From a virus (lineage: Duplodnaviria > Caudoviricetes): DNA of 64,000 nt. Position numbers and translations under genes: made by a program. This document shows positions 55,777 to 64,000 of the stretch, one piece after another (position 1 is the stretch's first letter; every line of letters begins with the position of its first letter). Below the pieces are notes generated by a model that saw only the letters and a program-made list of their open reading frames with translations, had not been told where the DNA came from and did not search any database. The stretch lies in the IMG/VR virus record IMGVR_UViG_3300033074_000984. One strand, written 5' to 3'.

Positions 55777-56228
55777 CCAATACGAAGATCTACATCGCTG
55801 CCCCGCTCTTCACCTTTGGAGAGCGAACGCAGAACATGGTTCTCGGTGACGCACTCGTGAAGCTCGGCTACGAGGTGTATCTGCCTCAGTACCTTGACAT
55901 CGAGGGCCGGACCGGCGCGTTCGTCTCCAGCAAGCTGAGATCGGCCATTAACGAAGCCGACGTGATCGTCGCTTGCATGGATGCAGAGGATAACGGCACC
56001 GCGTGGGAGATGGGCTACGCATTCGACAAGTGCCTCATCATCTCTTACTACACGAACGTCAAGTTCGAGCCGATCGGCGGCATCGACTCTCCGTTCAACT
56101 GCATGAACTATTACGGCTCTGATCGCGTCATTGACGCGAGGGCTCTTGACATCGACGAGCTAGCGGCTGCGATCTCTGACGCTATCGAGTCTGGTCTTGA
56201 TAAGTGGGGTGCCGGTGGACGCGCATGA
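55773..56228 (+). CDS. Nucleoside 2'-deoxyribosyltransferase / nucleotide N-glycosidase family protein
   Basis: IYIAAPLF, VYLPQ, ADVIVA, D.GTAWEMGYA, N.M. Confidence 0.82.
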   Translation: MTNTKIYIAAPLFTFGERTQNMVLGDALVKLGYEVYLPQYLDIEGRTGAFVSSKLRSAINEADVIVACMDAEDNGTAWEMGYAFDKCLIISYYTNVKFEPIGGIDSPFNCMNYYGSDRVIDARALDIDELAAAISDAIESGLDKWGAGGRA

Positions 56229-56598
56229 GCTCGATAGAGACCTTCGGAGTCTAGAACGTCGCGCTGAAGAGGTGTTTGCAGCAGCTGTCTGTACAGACGA
56301 CGACGAGACCTACGCGTTCGTTAGAGCTCTAGAGCCGTATCTCAAGCGATGGGGGACGTACGTTCCTCCGTTGAGAGTCACTGTTAAAGAGTCTGACGGC
56401 TCGATTCGAGAGCTCTCTACCTTTGAGATTCAGAGCGTCGTGTCTCATTGGAGACACGTCGGTCATCTCGACGAGAACGAGAACTTGGAGTGGGACGTGT
56501 ACTCCTGCACCTTTAGGGGGCCAAACGGTCTTCTGGAGCTTCAGTACGACTACCTGCTCAAGAGAGCTACGATACGGAGCAAGCGATGCGCCTCTTGA
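56197..56598 (+). CDS. Hypothetical protein (start uncertain)
   Basis: Open frame packed between the NDT and def genes. Confidence 0.55.
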   Translation: MISGVPVDAHELDRDLRSLERRAEEVFAAAVCTDDDETYAFVRALEPYLKRWGTYVPPLRVTVKESDGSIRELSTFEIQSVVSHWRHVGHLDENENLEWDVYSCTFRGPNGLLELQYDYLLKRATIRSKRCAS

Positions 56599-57107
56599 GC
56601 ATGAACAGTGACGTCTTACGTACGCCGTGCGCACCCTTCAACTTCGCCGACCCGCCGTTTGATCCCGTGGCGTACGCTAAAGAGCTAGCGAAGCTCATGC
56701 TCGACAGCAACGGCATCGGGCTGTCTGCTAACCAGACAGCCAGCGACTTTGACACGTCTCCCGAGCATCGCTTCGCCGTGTTCGCACTCGCTGCAGAGCC
56801 TAACATCGTCTGTTATAACCCACGCGTAGTGCACTGGGGCTCTGAGCAGGTCCTCCTCGAAGAGGGCTGTCTTAGCTTTCCAGGCTTGATAGTCAAGGTG
56901 TCCAGGCCACGAGACGTCAGAGTGAGGTACCAGACGCCCAACGGCGAGACTGAGTCTAGGTTCCTTACAGGAATGACTGCGAGAGCCTTTCAGCACGAGC
57001 TAGATCATCTTAGCGGAGTGCTGTTCTTTGACAGGGCTTCTAGGATGAATCGTGATCGAGCGATGCGAAGGTGGGACAGGAGCAGACAGAGTGGGAAGTT
57101 ATCTTAA
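56586..57107 (+). CDS. def: Peptide deformylase
   Basis: GIGLSANQ, EGCLS, QHELDHL motifs. Confidence 0.95.
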   Translation: MRLLSMNSDVLRTPCAPFNFADPPFDPVAYAKELAKLMLDSNGIGLSANQTASDFDTSPEHRFAVFALAAEPNIVCYNPRVVHWGSEQVLLEEGCLSFPGLIVKVSRPRDVRVRYQTPNGETESRFLTGMTARAFQHELDHLSGVLFFDRASRMNRDRAMRRWDRSRQSGKLS

Positions 57108-57285
57108 GCACAGCAACGTGTCTGTCGCGATAGACCTCAATCCCTATCAGTGGAGAGTGCACGTGGCGTACTCTCCGCCTGTAGGAAAGGGGTTTGACGC
57201 GCACCGCAGCTTCTTTCTGTTGCGCGTGTTGTTCTTGCGTGTTATGATAGTCATAGACAACGGAGAGGCAAAAGAGCTTGAGTAA
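57091..57285 (+). CDS. Small hypothetical protein
   Basis: Fills the gap between def and the MazG-like gene; hydrophobic C-terminal strands. Confidence 0.45.
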   Translation: MGSYLKHSNVSVAIDLNPYQWRVHVAYSPPVGKGFDAHRSFFLLRVLFLRVMIVIDNGEAKELE

Positions 57286-57691
57286 AGACTGGGTAGCGGA
57301 CGTCTCTGAGATGTCCGAGAAGTTTAAGGTGTTCGACCGAGTTCGATCTATGGACAGTGAAACGCTGAGAGAGTTCTTTCAGCTGCGGCTGCGCATGATC
57401 CAGGAAGAGGTCGACGAGATTCGTGACGCTGAAACGGGCGAAGACGTCCTTGACGGTCTCATTGACCTCGCTGTGTTCACGATCGGCGCGTTGGTGCTGT
57501 TCGACGCCGAGGCTTACGAGGCCTGGAACCGGGTTCACGCCGCCAACATGGCGAAGATGCCTGGCGTCAAGCCTGGTCGGCCGAACCCCTTGGGTTTGCC
57601 CGACCTTATCAAGCCACCAGGCTGGGAGTCGCCGAGAGTCGACGGGCTCGCTGGCAGACTCGTAGAGCTGTTTTCTGGAGAAGACTCATGA
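57278..57691 (+). CDS. MazG-like all-alpha NTP pyrophosphatase (probable dCTPase/dUTPase role)
   Basis: IQEEVDE..DGLIDL..VH.ANM.K..IKP.GW..P; TTG start with GGAGG. Confidence 0.85.
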   Translation: MSKDWVADVSEMSEKFKVFDRVRSMDSETLREFFQLRLRMIQEEVDEIRDAETGEDVLDGLIDLAVFTIGALVLFDAEAYEAWNRVHAANMAKMPGVKPGRPNPLGLPDLIKPPGWESPRVDGLAGRLVELFSGEDS

Positions 57692-58212
57692 CGGAATGGA
57701 CCACTGAGTTCACTGCTTCCAAAGCAGGTCTTACGGCGCTTAAGAACGAGAGACACAAGGAGTTTCTTGAAGTGATCGAGGCCGCTGACCCTAACAGAGA
57801 GGACCCGTGGTTCGCTCGATACGCTGAGATGGTTCGTACGGGCGACTACGCTCGTGAGTCTGTTCGAGTGCTTGCAGAGTGCGGTGCGCTTCAGGTGCAG
57901 AAGGACCATGACTATCAGAACGCCGCCTCAAGCGTTCGACAAGCGATGCACTATCGCCGGGGGGTGTCAACGATCTTTGACATGATCTGGCAGAAGCTGC
58001 TTCGGGCCAGGTCCATCATAGAGGCGTATGAGGCTGACTCGAGCTTCGTTCCCTCTAACGAAGCTCTTGAAGACACGTTTCGAGACGCCATCAACTACCT
58101 CTCCTTTGCAATATCCTACATGAGGGGCAAGATGGATGGTCAAGAGCTGAACGTGGGTCTCGACGCGTTCAATCGTCCGGTGGAGGGTAACGAGTGCTCG
58201 AGCCGCACGTAG
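57688..58212 (+). CDS. Nucleotide-modification-associated domain 1 (Nmad1/DUF1599-like) protein
   Basis: K.HDY...K..R...E.LEDT..D..NY pattern. Confidence 0.7.
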   Translation: MTEWTTEFTASKAGLTALKNERHKEFLEVIEAADPNREDPWFARYAEMVRTGDYARESVRVLAECGALQVQKDHDYQNAASSVRQAMHYRRGVSTIFDMIWQKLLRARSIIEAYEADSSFVPSNEALEDTFRDAINYLSFAISYMRGKMDGQELNVGLDAFNRPVEGNECSSRT

Positions 58213-58940
58213 AAGACGTTAGAGAGCTGTTCGCTCGCAAGTTTGAGCACAATGAGTTCGTGATCGACAAGACGGGTGTACGCCTGGTTGAGGTTGTCGG
58301 CCGGTCGTTCGTCGCTGACGAAGATCACATCTTTGGTCTTCCAAACGAGAGCTATGTTCGTAGGGAGCTCGAGTGGTACGAGTCAATGTCTCTGAGCGTT
58401 GACGACATACCAGGTGGTCCTCCTAAGATCTGGAAAGAAGCGTCGTCCAAAGACGGTCGGTCGCTGATCAACTCGAACTACGGCTATCTCATATACTCTA
58501 TGGAGAACTATGAGCAGTACAGGCACGTCTTTAAAGAGTTAAAGAGGTCACGCACTTCTCGACGAGCAGTGATGATCTACCAACGCCCGTCTATGTGGTA
58601 CGACTACAATCGCGACGGTCGAAGCGACTTCATATGCACCAACGCTGTGTCTTATCTGATCCGTGACGGAGCGCTCGACGCAGTCGTTCAGATGCGATCG
58701 AACGACGCATGGGCCGGCTATCGAAACGACCACGCGTGGCAGCGGCACGTCCTAGAGAAGCTAGCGCAAGACCTGGATGTGGACGTCGGCGTTATTCACT
58801 GGAACGCGGCGAGTCTCCATCTGTACGAGCATCAGTTCTATCTCTTGCGTCATTATGTCGAGACCGGCGAAGACGCCATCACCAAGGCGCGTTACGTCGA
58901 GCTCTATGGAGACGACAGTTGGGCATCAAACGCGTCTTAG
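58194..58940 (+). CDS. gp42: dCMP hydroxymethylase, T4 gp42 homolog
   Basis: DKTGV..E..G.SFVADE, RELEWY, PKIW, INSNYG, RPSM..DYN.DG.SDF.CTN, MRSND...G.RND.AWQ (Asp, cytosine-specific). Confidence 0.92.
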   Translation: MLEPHVEDVRELFARKFEHNEFVIDKTGVRLVEVVGRSFVADEDHIFGLPNESYVRRELEWYESMSLSVDDIPGGPPKIWKEASSKDGRSLINSNYGYLIYSMENYEQYRHVFKELKRSRTSRRAVMIYQRPSMWYDYNRDGRSDFICTNAVSYLIRDGALDAVVQMRSNDAWAGYRNDHAWQRHVLEKLAQDLDVDVGVIHWNAASLHLYEHQFYLLRHYVETGEDAITKARYVELYGDDSWASNAS

Positions 58941-59467
58941 AGCGTCTCTTTAAACGACGCTCTTCTAACGTCTTTTCAGACCCTATCGAGGCGGTGCTTG
59001 CCAGGAGCGAGCCGTCAAAGTGGGACAAGCGGTTTCTAGAGATAGCGAAGCTCGTATCGACGTGGTCTAAGGACCCGTCGACCGGTGTCGGAGCGGTTTA
59101 CGTCTCTCCAGAGAGACGTCTCCTCTCTATCGGCTACAACGGCTTTCCACGGGACATGCCAGACAACGACTTGTTCTATCACGACCGCGACGAGAAGCTT
59201 GCTAGGACGGTGCACGCTGAGAAGAACGGCATCTACAACGCCACAGAGAACGGCGTGTCGCTGAAGGGCTCGACGCTGTACGTCTATGGGTGCCAGGTGT
59301 GCCACCTGTGCTCTCTTGGAGTCATGCAGGTCGGTGTCAAGCGAGTCGTTGTCGCGTACCCTCGATCCAAGGTGAAGACAGAATGGCAGCAGAGTACCGA
59401 GAGAACCAGGAGCTACTTCCGGGGTGCCGGTATAGAGTACGTGGAGACGGTGATCGAAGGCGAGTGA
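58919..59467 (+). CDS. cd: dCMP deaminase
   Basis: WSKDPST.VGA, GYNGFP, HAE.N, C..C; start moved to TTG 58919 behind GGAG. Confidence 0.88.
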   Translation: MGIKRVLERLFKRRSSNVFSDPIEAVLARSEPSKWDKRFLEIAKLVSTWSKDPSTGVGAVYVSPERRLLSIGYNGFPRDMPDNDLFYHDRDEKLARTVHAEKNGIYNATENGVSLKGSTLYVYGCQVCHLCSLGVMQVGVKRVVVAYPRSKVKTEWQQSTERTRSYFRGAGIEYVETVIEGE

Positions 59468-59844
59468 TTGTCGTCGGCATCAACCCGTCATCTGCTCGCT
59501 CTATCACTGCTGGCAGCACCCTAGCTAGGGTGCATAGGTGGATGACTTATTGTGGTGAGACGACGTATGACTTTACGAACGTCGTCTTGACTCCAGGCGA
59601 CTACTCAAGAGGCATGGTCGACTTTGGCGACCTCTCTCGTAGCGTATCAGGGTACGAGCGAGTGGTGGCTCTTGGTGACTTTGTAAGCTACTGTCTGATG
59701 CGTGCAGGCGTAGATCACTACGTCGCGCCTCACCCTTCTGGTCGCAACAGGAAGATGAACGACCAATGCTTCGTTACCGTTCAGATCGAGGGCTTGCGAG
59801 CATACCTAGAGGTGAGCGAACCGTTGAGAGCATTGAATGATTGA
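59464..59844 (+). CDS. Uracil-DNA glycosylase superfamily protein
   Basis: VGINPS, FTNV, VALG, PHPSGRNR; GTG start overlapping the previous stop. Confidence 0.7.
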   Translation: MIVVGINPSSARSITAGSTLARVHRWMTYCGETTYDFTNVVLTPGDYSRGMVDFGDLSRSVSGYERVVALGDFVSYCLMRAGVDHYVAPHPSGRNRKMNDQCFVTVQIEGLRAYLEVSEPLRALND

Positions 59845-60664
59845 AGCCATTTACGTTCCGACCTGGCGCAGGCCGACACAGCACACTGTAGAGCAGCTTC
59901 CTCAAAAGTGGCGCGACATCACGCGGCTCGTGGTTGACGAGCGCGATCGCGACATGCACGAGGCTGCTGGCTACAACACGCTGTTGTGTGACGTGCAGGG
60001 CCAAGGCCCAGCGATAGTGCGAGAGTGGATATGCCACCACGCTCGTGACAACGGCGTCGAGAAGTACGGCGTGTTTGACGACGACATCTGCAGCTTCGCC
60101 TACACGAGACTCGCCACCGAGAAGGACAAGTACCCCCAGTGGAACACGCGTCTTGAGCCAGAGGGCTTCGACGTCATGTTCTCTGTTCTAGACGAGTGGC
60201 TCGACGAGTTCGTGACGTGTGGTCTGGACGTTCGCTGGAACCCCCCGAATGAGCGACCGTATCACCAGAACTTCCGTCAGTCTGCGTCGCACTTCTACAA
60301 CAGCCGCACTCTGCCGCTCGACAAGCTCGACTGGAACGACATCTGGGCAGCAGAGGACTTCAACGTTGTTCTCCAGCTGCTCACTATGGGCTACCAAAAC
60401 CGAGTGGCCACCAGGTACAGGACTTGCCCGACACCGACACAGACGCCCGGGGGCATCACTGACCTACGAACCGTCGAGCGGCATAACGAGAGCATGCGCC
60501 AGCTAAAGGCGAAGTTTCCTCGATTCGTTAGGCTCTACGAGAAGAAAGCCTCCTCGGGAGAGTGGGGCGGCATAACAAAGCTAGCGGCTGAGATATCATG
60601 GAAAGCCGCGTGGAAATCATCTCAAGAGAAGCGAGACGACGCTCTCGAGGAGCTGTTCGCGTAA
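59837..60664 (+). CDS. GT-A DNA-base glycosyltransferase (T2/T6 beta-glucosyl-HMC-alpha-glucosyltransferase / TET-associated GT-like)
   Basis: YVPT.RR, G....RE.I, FDDDI (DxD), AED....L.L..GY.N, Q.PGG...R...N......L...FP. Confidence 0.78.
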   Translation: MIEAIYVPTWRRPTQHTVEQLPQKWRDITRLVVDERDRDMHEAAGYNTLLCDVQGQGPAIVREWICHHARDNGVEKYGVFDDDICSFAYTRLATEKDKYPQWNTRLEPEGFDVMFSVLDEWLDEFVTCGLDVRWNPPNERPYHQNFRQSASHFYNSRTLPLDKLDWNDIWAAEDFNVVLQLLTMGYQNRVATRYRTCPTPTQTPGGITDLRTVERHNESMRQLKAKFPRFVRLYEKKASSGEWGGITKLAAEISWKAAWKSSQEKRDDALEELFA

Positions 60665-60707
60665 AGTTAACTGCTCTAGCACCACTCACTCGACTAGAAA
60701 GAGGCGA

Positions 60708-61910
60708 ATGAAGTACGTCGGAATCATCCCGCTCATCGGGGGCATGGACATCGCTCACGGCAAGGTGCTCGGTCATCGTCCCGAGTACCTCGTGTCGTGG
60801 ACGCCGTTCTCCTCAAACGACTCGCACCTGGTGAACTACTACGAGGGTGAAGTTCCTTACGTGCTCGTTGATAACGGAGACAAGCGCCCGGCTGGTAAGA
60901 TCGACGTGGTTCACAGCACCTGTCCCTGCGCCGGTCTGTCTACGCTCTCAAAGAAGGCCAGTCCACTCAACCCAATAAATGAGTGGATGACGACGTGCGC
61001 AGAGTACGTCATGGGTGAGATGCGCCCAGAGGTGTACTGGGGAGAGAACGCTCCGGCGCTGTCTACAGCGATGGGCACCCCTGTACGCGAGAAGATTCGA
61101 GAGGTCGGTAAGAAGCACGGGTACGTGATGTCTTGTTACAAGACCAAGTCGTTGCTTCACGGGGTGCCTCAGATTCGCGAGCGCACCTTTTACTTCTTCT
61201 GGCGCGGCAATCACGTTCCGCTACTCAACTACTACGCACGGCCGCACGTCAAGATCGAAGATCTTATCAGCGCTCCACACGGCAACTTCCAGACAGAGCC
61301 CGTGCGTCCTGGTAAGATAACAGCCGACCCACTCTACACGTACGCTCGCGAGGCGCTTCTCGACGGCGCGTCTCATCGAGACATAGTCGCCGGGCTAGAA
61401 AAGACGACTCAGATACTGGACATCGTTCAGAGTCACGTGCCTGGTAAAGAGCCGGCTCAGGCGTTCTTGGACGCAGCTGACTGGCTTCGTGCGCATGACA
61501 TGGAACGAACAGCCGCTTTCTGTGAACGCGTGTCAAAGAAGTTCGGCACAGACAGCGGCATGATGCGTAGGTCCATAAACCTGCCGAAGGACTATATCGG
61601 AGCCTTTGTCGGCTACCTGCCGACGAACGTCGCTCACCCAGTGGAGGACCGTCACCTCTCCTACAGGGAGTGCATGGCTATCATGGGTCTTCCAGACGAC
61701 TTTGAGCTCTTGAGTCCCAAGCGCAACCTCAACCACGTCTGTCAGAACGTGCCCGTGGGCACCGCCAGCGACATGGTGGAGGAGGTTCGCGCGGCGCTCG
61801 AAGGAGAGCGGCCGAGGATACGAGCTGACTACGTGTTTCAGTCAAACCATCGCCAGACGCACGAGTCGCTCATTGATGACAAGCCAACCATAGAAGGGAT
61901 CTTCTCATGA
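60708..61910 (+). CDS. C5-cytosine DNA methyltransferase-like protein with atypical motif I
   Basis: CPCAGLS (motif IV), ENAP (VI), GVPQ.RER (VIII), R.LS.RE...MGLPDDF (IX), QNVP (X); motif I reads IPLIGG instead of FxGxG. Confidence 0.78.
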   Translation: MKYVGIIPLIGGMDIAHGKVLGHRPEYLVSWTPFSSNDSHLVNYYEGEVPYVLVDNGDKRPAGKIDVVHSTCPCAGLSTLSKKASPLNPINEWMTTCAEYVMGEMRPEVYWGENAPALSTAMGTPVREKIREVGKKHGYVMSCYKTKSLLHGVPQIRERTFYFFWRGNHVPLLNYYARPHVKIEDLISAPHGNFQTEPVRPGKITADPLYTYAREALLDGASHRDIVAGLEKTTQILDIVQSHVPGKEPAQAFLDAADWLRAHDMERTAAFCERVSKKFGTDSGMMRRSINLPKDYIGAFVGYLPTNVAHPVEDRHLSYRECMAIMGLPDDFELLSPKRNLNHVCQNVPVGTASDMVEEVRAALEGERPRIRADYVFQSNHRQTHESLIDDKPTIEGIFS

Positions 61911-62269
61911 CGTTGCTACCGTCCCCAGACTCAGACAGCAAGGACTACGTCTTCAGTAACGGTCTCGAGCTCTCTAGAGAGGCCCTTACAGCGCCGTTCA
62001 AGTACAACGAGGGCAAGCTCGTGGGCGAGGTGCTTGACTACGTCGCGAGCACGTACGGCTCATATTACGCGCGCGATCCCAACAAGACTCAGGCCATCGA
62101 CCTTATCGAAGCGTCTGGCAACCTTCCAGGCTTCGCTAGCGGCAGCATCTTGAAGTACGCTACGCGACTCGGCAAGAAGTCGGGTACGACGCGTAGGTCT
62201 GATCTTATGAAGATCATTCACTATGCGCTGTTGCTTCTGAACTTCAATGAGGAGAGTTCAAAGACGTGA
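61907..62269 (+). CDS. DUF3310-like protein
   Basis: KYNE...Y..STY..YY...Q.IDLI...GF..G..LKY..R.GKK...DL.K..HYA. Confidence 0.65.
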   Translation: MTLLPSPDSDSKDYVFSNGLELSREALTAPFKYNEGKLVGEVLDYVASTYGSYYARDPNKTQAIDLIEASGNLPGFASGSILKYATRLGKKSGTTRRSDLMKIIHYALLLLNFNEESSKT

Positions 62270-64000
62270 AGATCGGAGTACCACTAGAGGAGCTTCAGAA
62301 GTGCAAGATCTTCGTAGCTACGCCGATGTACGGCGGCCAGTGCTCCGGGACGTTTGTGCAGTCGATACAGGCTTTACAAACAGAGCTCAAGAACGCGGGT
62401 GTCGAGCTCCAGTCATACTACCTCTTTAATGAGTCGCTCATAACGCGAGCGCGTAACTACTGCGCGGACGAGTTTCTTCGCAGCAACGCGACCCACCTGC
62501 TCTTTATCGACTCTGACATCGGCTTTCGTCCTAAAGACGTTTTGAGCATGCTCGCGCTCTCCTTGACGGAGCCACCAAACGAGTACGACATTCTTGGTGG
62601 TCCGTACCCGAAGAAGTCCTTGCCTGGGAGCGCTCTTGTTCTTACGGAGGATGGCGAGCAGCCGATTAAAAAACTAGTTTCAGGGAAATATAGTGGCAAG
62701 GTGTTGAGTCTGTCTGAGGACGGCTCGAAGCTAGAGTTTAAGAGGGTGGTGAGTCATTCTCGATTCAGGCCTGCTTCTCCAAAGCGATGGGTTAAGTTGG
62801 TTACAGAAGGGGTAAATAAGAGAAAGCAGACCATGACGCACGATCATGAGTGTGCGATCGTGCGAGACGCTCTTCGTCCTACATTAGACTGGTTGGCAGC
62901 GGATAATATAGACGGCTGTTACGTGGTTAGGAAGCCAGGCGGCTCCGGGTTCTTGAGTGAGAACTTAGCCTACTCTTCTCAGCAGATATCTTTTCTTGTA
63001 GGTACCTTGCTAGGAGATGCTAGCGTCAAGAAGAACGGCCAAGTCGCAGTGGTCCATTCGGCTGCGTTTCGTGAGTATGCGGAGCTGAAGGCTAGCATCT
63101 TTGGCGGCGAAGTTCGCGACAGAGTCATTGAGTCTTTTGGCGGCAAGTTCAAAGCGAGTGGCTTCTATACGCCGGTTAACGCTCAAACAAAGCTCTTGAG
63201 GTCACTTCTCTACAAGAACGGAAAGAAAGAGATATCAAGCATAGTAGACTTGATAGATGAAGCCGCTCTTTCGTTTTGGTACATGGACGACGGCTTCACG
63301 AGGAGCTCTAACGGCATAGCGCACCTATGCACAGAGTGTTTCTCTAGCTCTGACATCGACTTATTGATCTCTAAGTTGAGAGGTATGGGGTTCGATCCGT
63401 CAACCTTCTCGTATAATGGGGGTACGAGGTTACGATTTAAGCGAGTCGACAGTGACCGTCTCCTTAACATTGTATCTCGCTACGCTCCAGACTGCATGCT
63501 CTATAAAATACCAGAGAGCTTGAGGTCGCCTGATAGGTTTGACTACTCTTCTATACAGCGGCTGCCATACTCGATCGCTCGAGTAAGAGCGATCGAAGAG
63601 GCGTCTGATCAGGGAGACCAGTACGACATAGGCGTTGAGGACAATCACAATTTTATAGTTTCTGGCTACGTCGTTCATAACTGCATCTCGTGGGAGAAGA
63701 TACGTCTCGCAGTAGACAAGGGATACGGCGACCCCAACAACCCAGTGCCTGACCTACAGAACCCTGACATCCTCTCGAACTTCGTCGGCGACTACGTGTT
63801 CAACCTCGCGCATGGTAAGACGAACTTCGACGTACAAAAGCCGGCTGAAGTTCTTGAGTTGGGCACGGGCTTCATGCTCATACGTCGCGAGACGCTCTTG
63901 AAGTTCGCAGAGGCCTATCCCAACTATCGCATCCGTCCAGACCACGTTCGTACACAGCACTTTGACGGCAAGAGGTTGATCACGCAGTTCTTTCAAGCGG
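62266..64000 (+). CDS. GT-A glycosyltransferase interrupted by an intein; truncated by the window end and absent from the ORF track
   Basis: Translated by hand from GTG 62266: FVATPMYGG, NESLITRARN, LFIDSDI (DxD), GPYPKK-intein-CISWEK, GTGFMLIRR, PDHVRT.HFDG; no stop seen before 64000. Confidence 0.85.
   Translation, partial: MKIGVPLEELQKCKIFVATPMYGGQCSGTFVQSIQALQTELKNAGVELQSYYLFNESLITRARNYCADEFLRSNATHLLFIDSDIGFRPKDVLSMLALSLTEPPNEYDILGGPYPKKSLPGSALVLTEDGEQPIKKLVSGKYSGKVLSLSEDGSKLEFKRVVSHSRFRPASPKRWVKLVTEGVNKRKQTMTHDHECAIVRDALRPTLDWLAADNIDGCYVVRKPGGSGFLSENLAYSSQQISFLVGTLLGDASVKKNGQVAVVHSAAFREYAELKASIFGGEVRDRVIESFGGKFKASGFYTPVNAQTKLLRSLLYKNGKKEISSIVDLIDEAALSFWYMDDGFTRSSNGIAHLCTECFSSSDIDLLISKLRGMGFDPSTFSYNGGTRLRFKRVDSDRLLNIVSRYAPDCMLYKIPESLRSPDRFDYSSIQRLPYSIARVRAIEEASDQGDQYDIGVEDNHNFIVSGYVVHNCISWEKIRLAVDKGYGDPNNPVPDLQNPDILSNFVGDYVFNLAHGKTNFDVQKPAEVLELGTGFMLIRRETLLKFAEAYPNYRIRPDHVRTQHFDGKRLITQFFQA
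62617..63681 (+). mobile_element. Intein (355 aa) with LAGLIDADG homing endonuclease
   Basis: Starts SLPGSALVLT; block B THDH; LAGLIDADG-like LVGTLLGDAS and FWYMDDG; ends YDIGVEDNHNF..VVHN followed by Cys+1. Confidence 0.9.

Noticed and set aside
56586-57107. Peptide deformylase as a novelty
   Set aside because: Already well known as an auxiliary gene in T4-like and other phages
58194-58940. Second thymidylate synthase or dUMP hydroxymethylase
   Set aside because: It follows T4 gp42 closely along its length and has Asp (RND) at the pyrimidine-specificity position; a true ThyA is encoded separately
1-64000. Stop-codon reassignment
   Set aside because: TAA, TAG and TGA all end recognisable genes at the expected positions

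Overview
This is a 64-kb segment of a GC-rich T4-superfamily myophage genome, almost entirely on the + strand. Order: baseplate (gp25, gp6, gp7-like, enlarged gp8, 2030-aa VrlC/DUF4815-type protein); an accessory tail/fibre island (radical SAM-SPASM enzyme, U32-type Fe-S protein, repeat fibre, three tail-collar proteins each split by a six-blade Kelch propeller, GNAT-like protein, Gly-rich/Ser-Thr-repeat fibre); neck, terminase, tail and head genes (gp13-gp23); a short minus-strand block with thyA; gp3, uvsY, uvsW, an Sm-like gene, gp55, gp47, gp46; and a DNA-modification cluster (NDT-family hydrolase, MazG-like NTPase, Nmad1-like, gp42 dCMP hydroxymethylase, dCMP deaminase, UDG-fold protein, two GT-A glycosyltransferases, atypical C5-MTase). 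Mobile elements: five paralogous Seg-like GIY-YIG endonucleases plus one remnant, each with a late-promoter-like box and a hairpin over the ribosome-binding site or start codon; a terminase gene fractured by an atypically split intein with a GIY-YIG gene between the halves; and a LAGLIDADG intein in a glycosyltransferase ORF absent from the supplied track because it runs off the window end. Best candidates for new biology: the rSAM+U32 pair in the tail module (possible virion-protein modification, with a Cys cluster in the adjacent giant tail protein), the hmC hypermodification cluster with a motif-I-degenerate DNMT, the collar-split Kelch trio, and a promoter-driven structured non-coding element beside the Sm-like gene and gp55. 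All calls come from motif recognition by eye; no searches were run.
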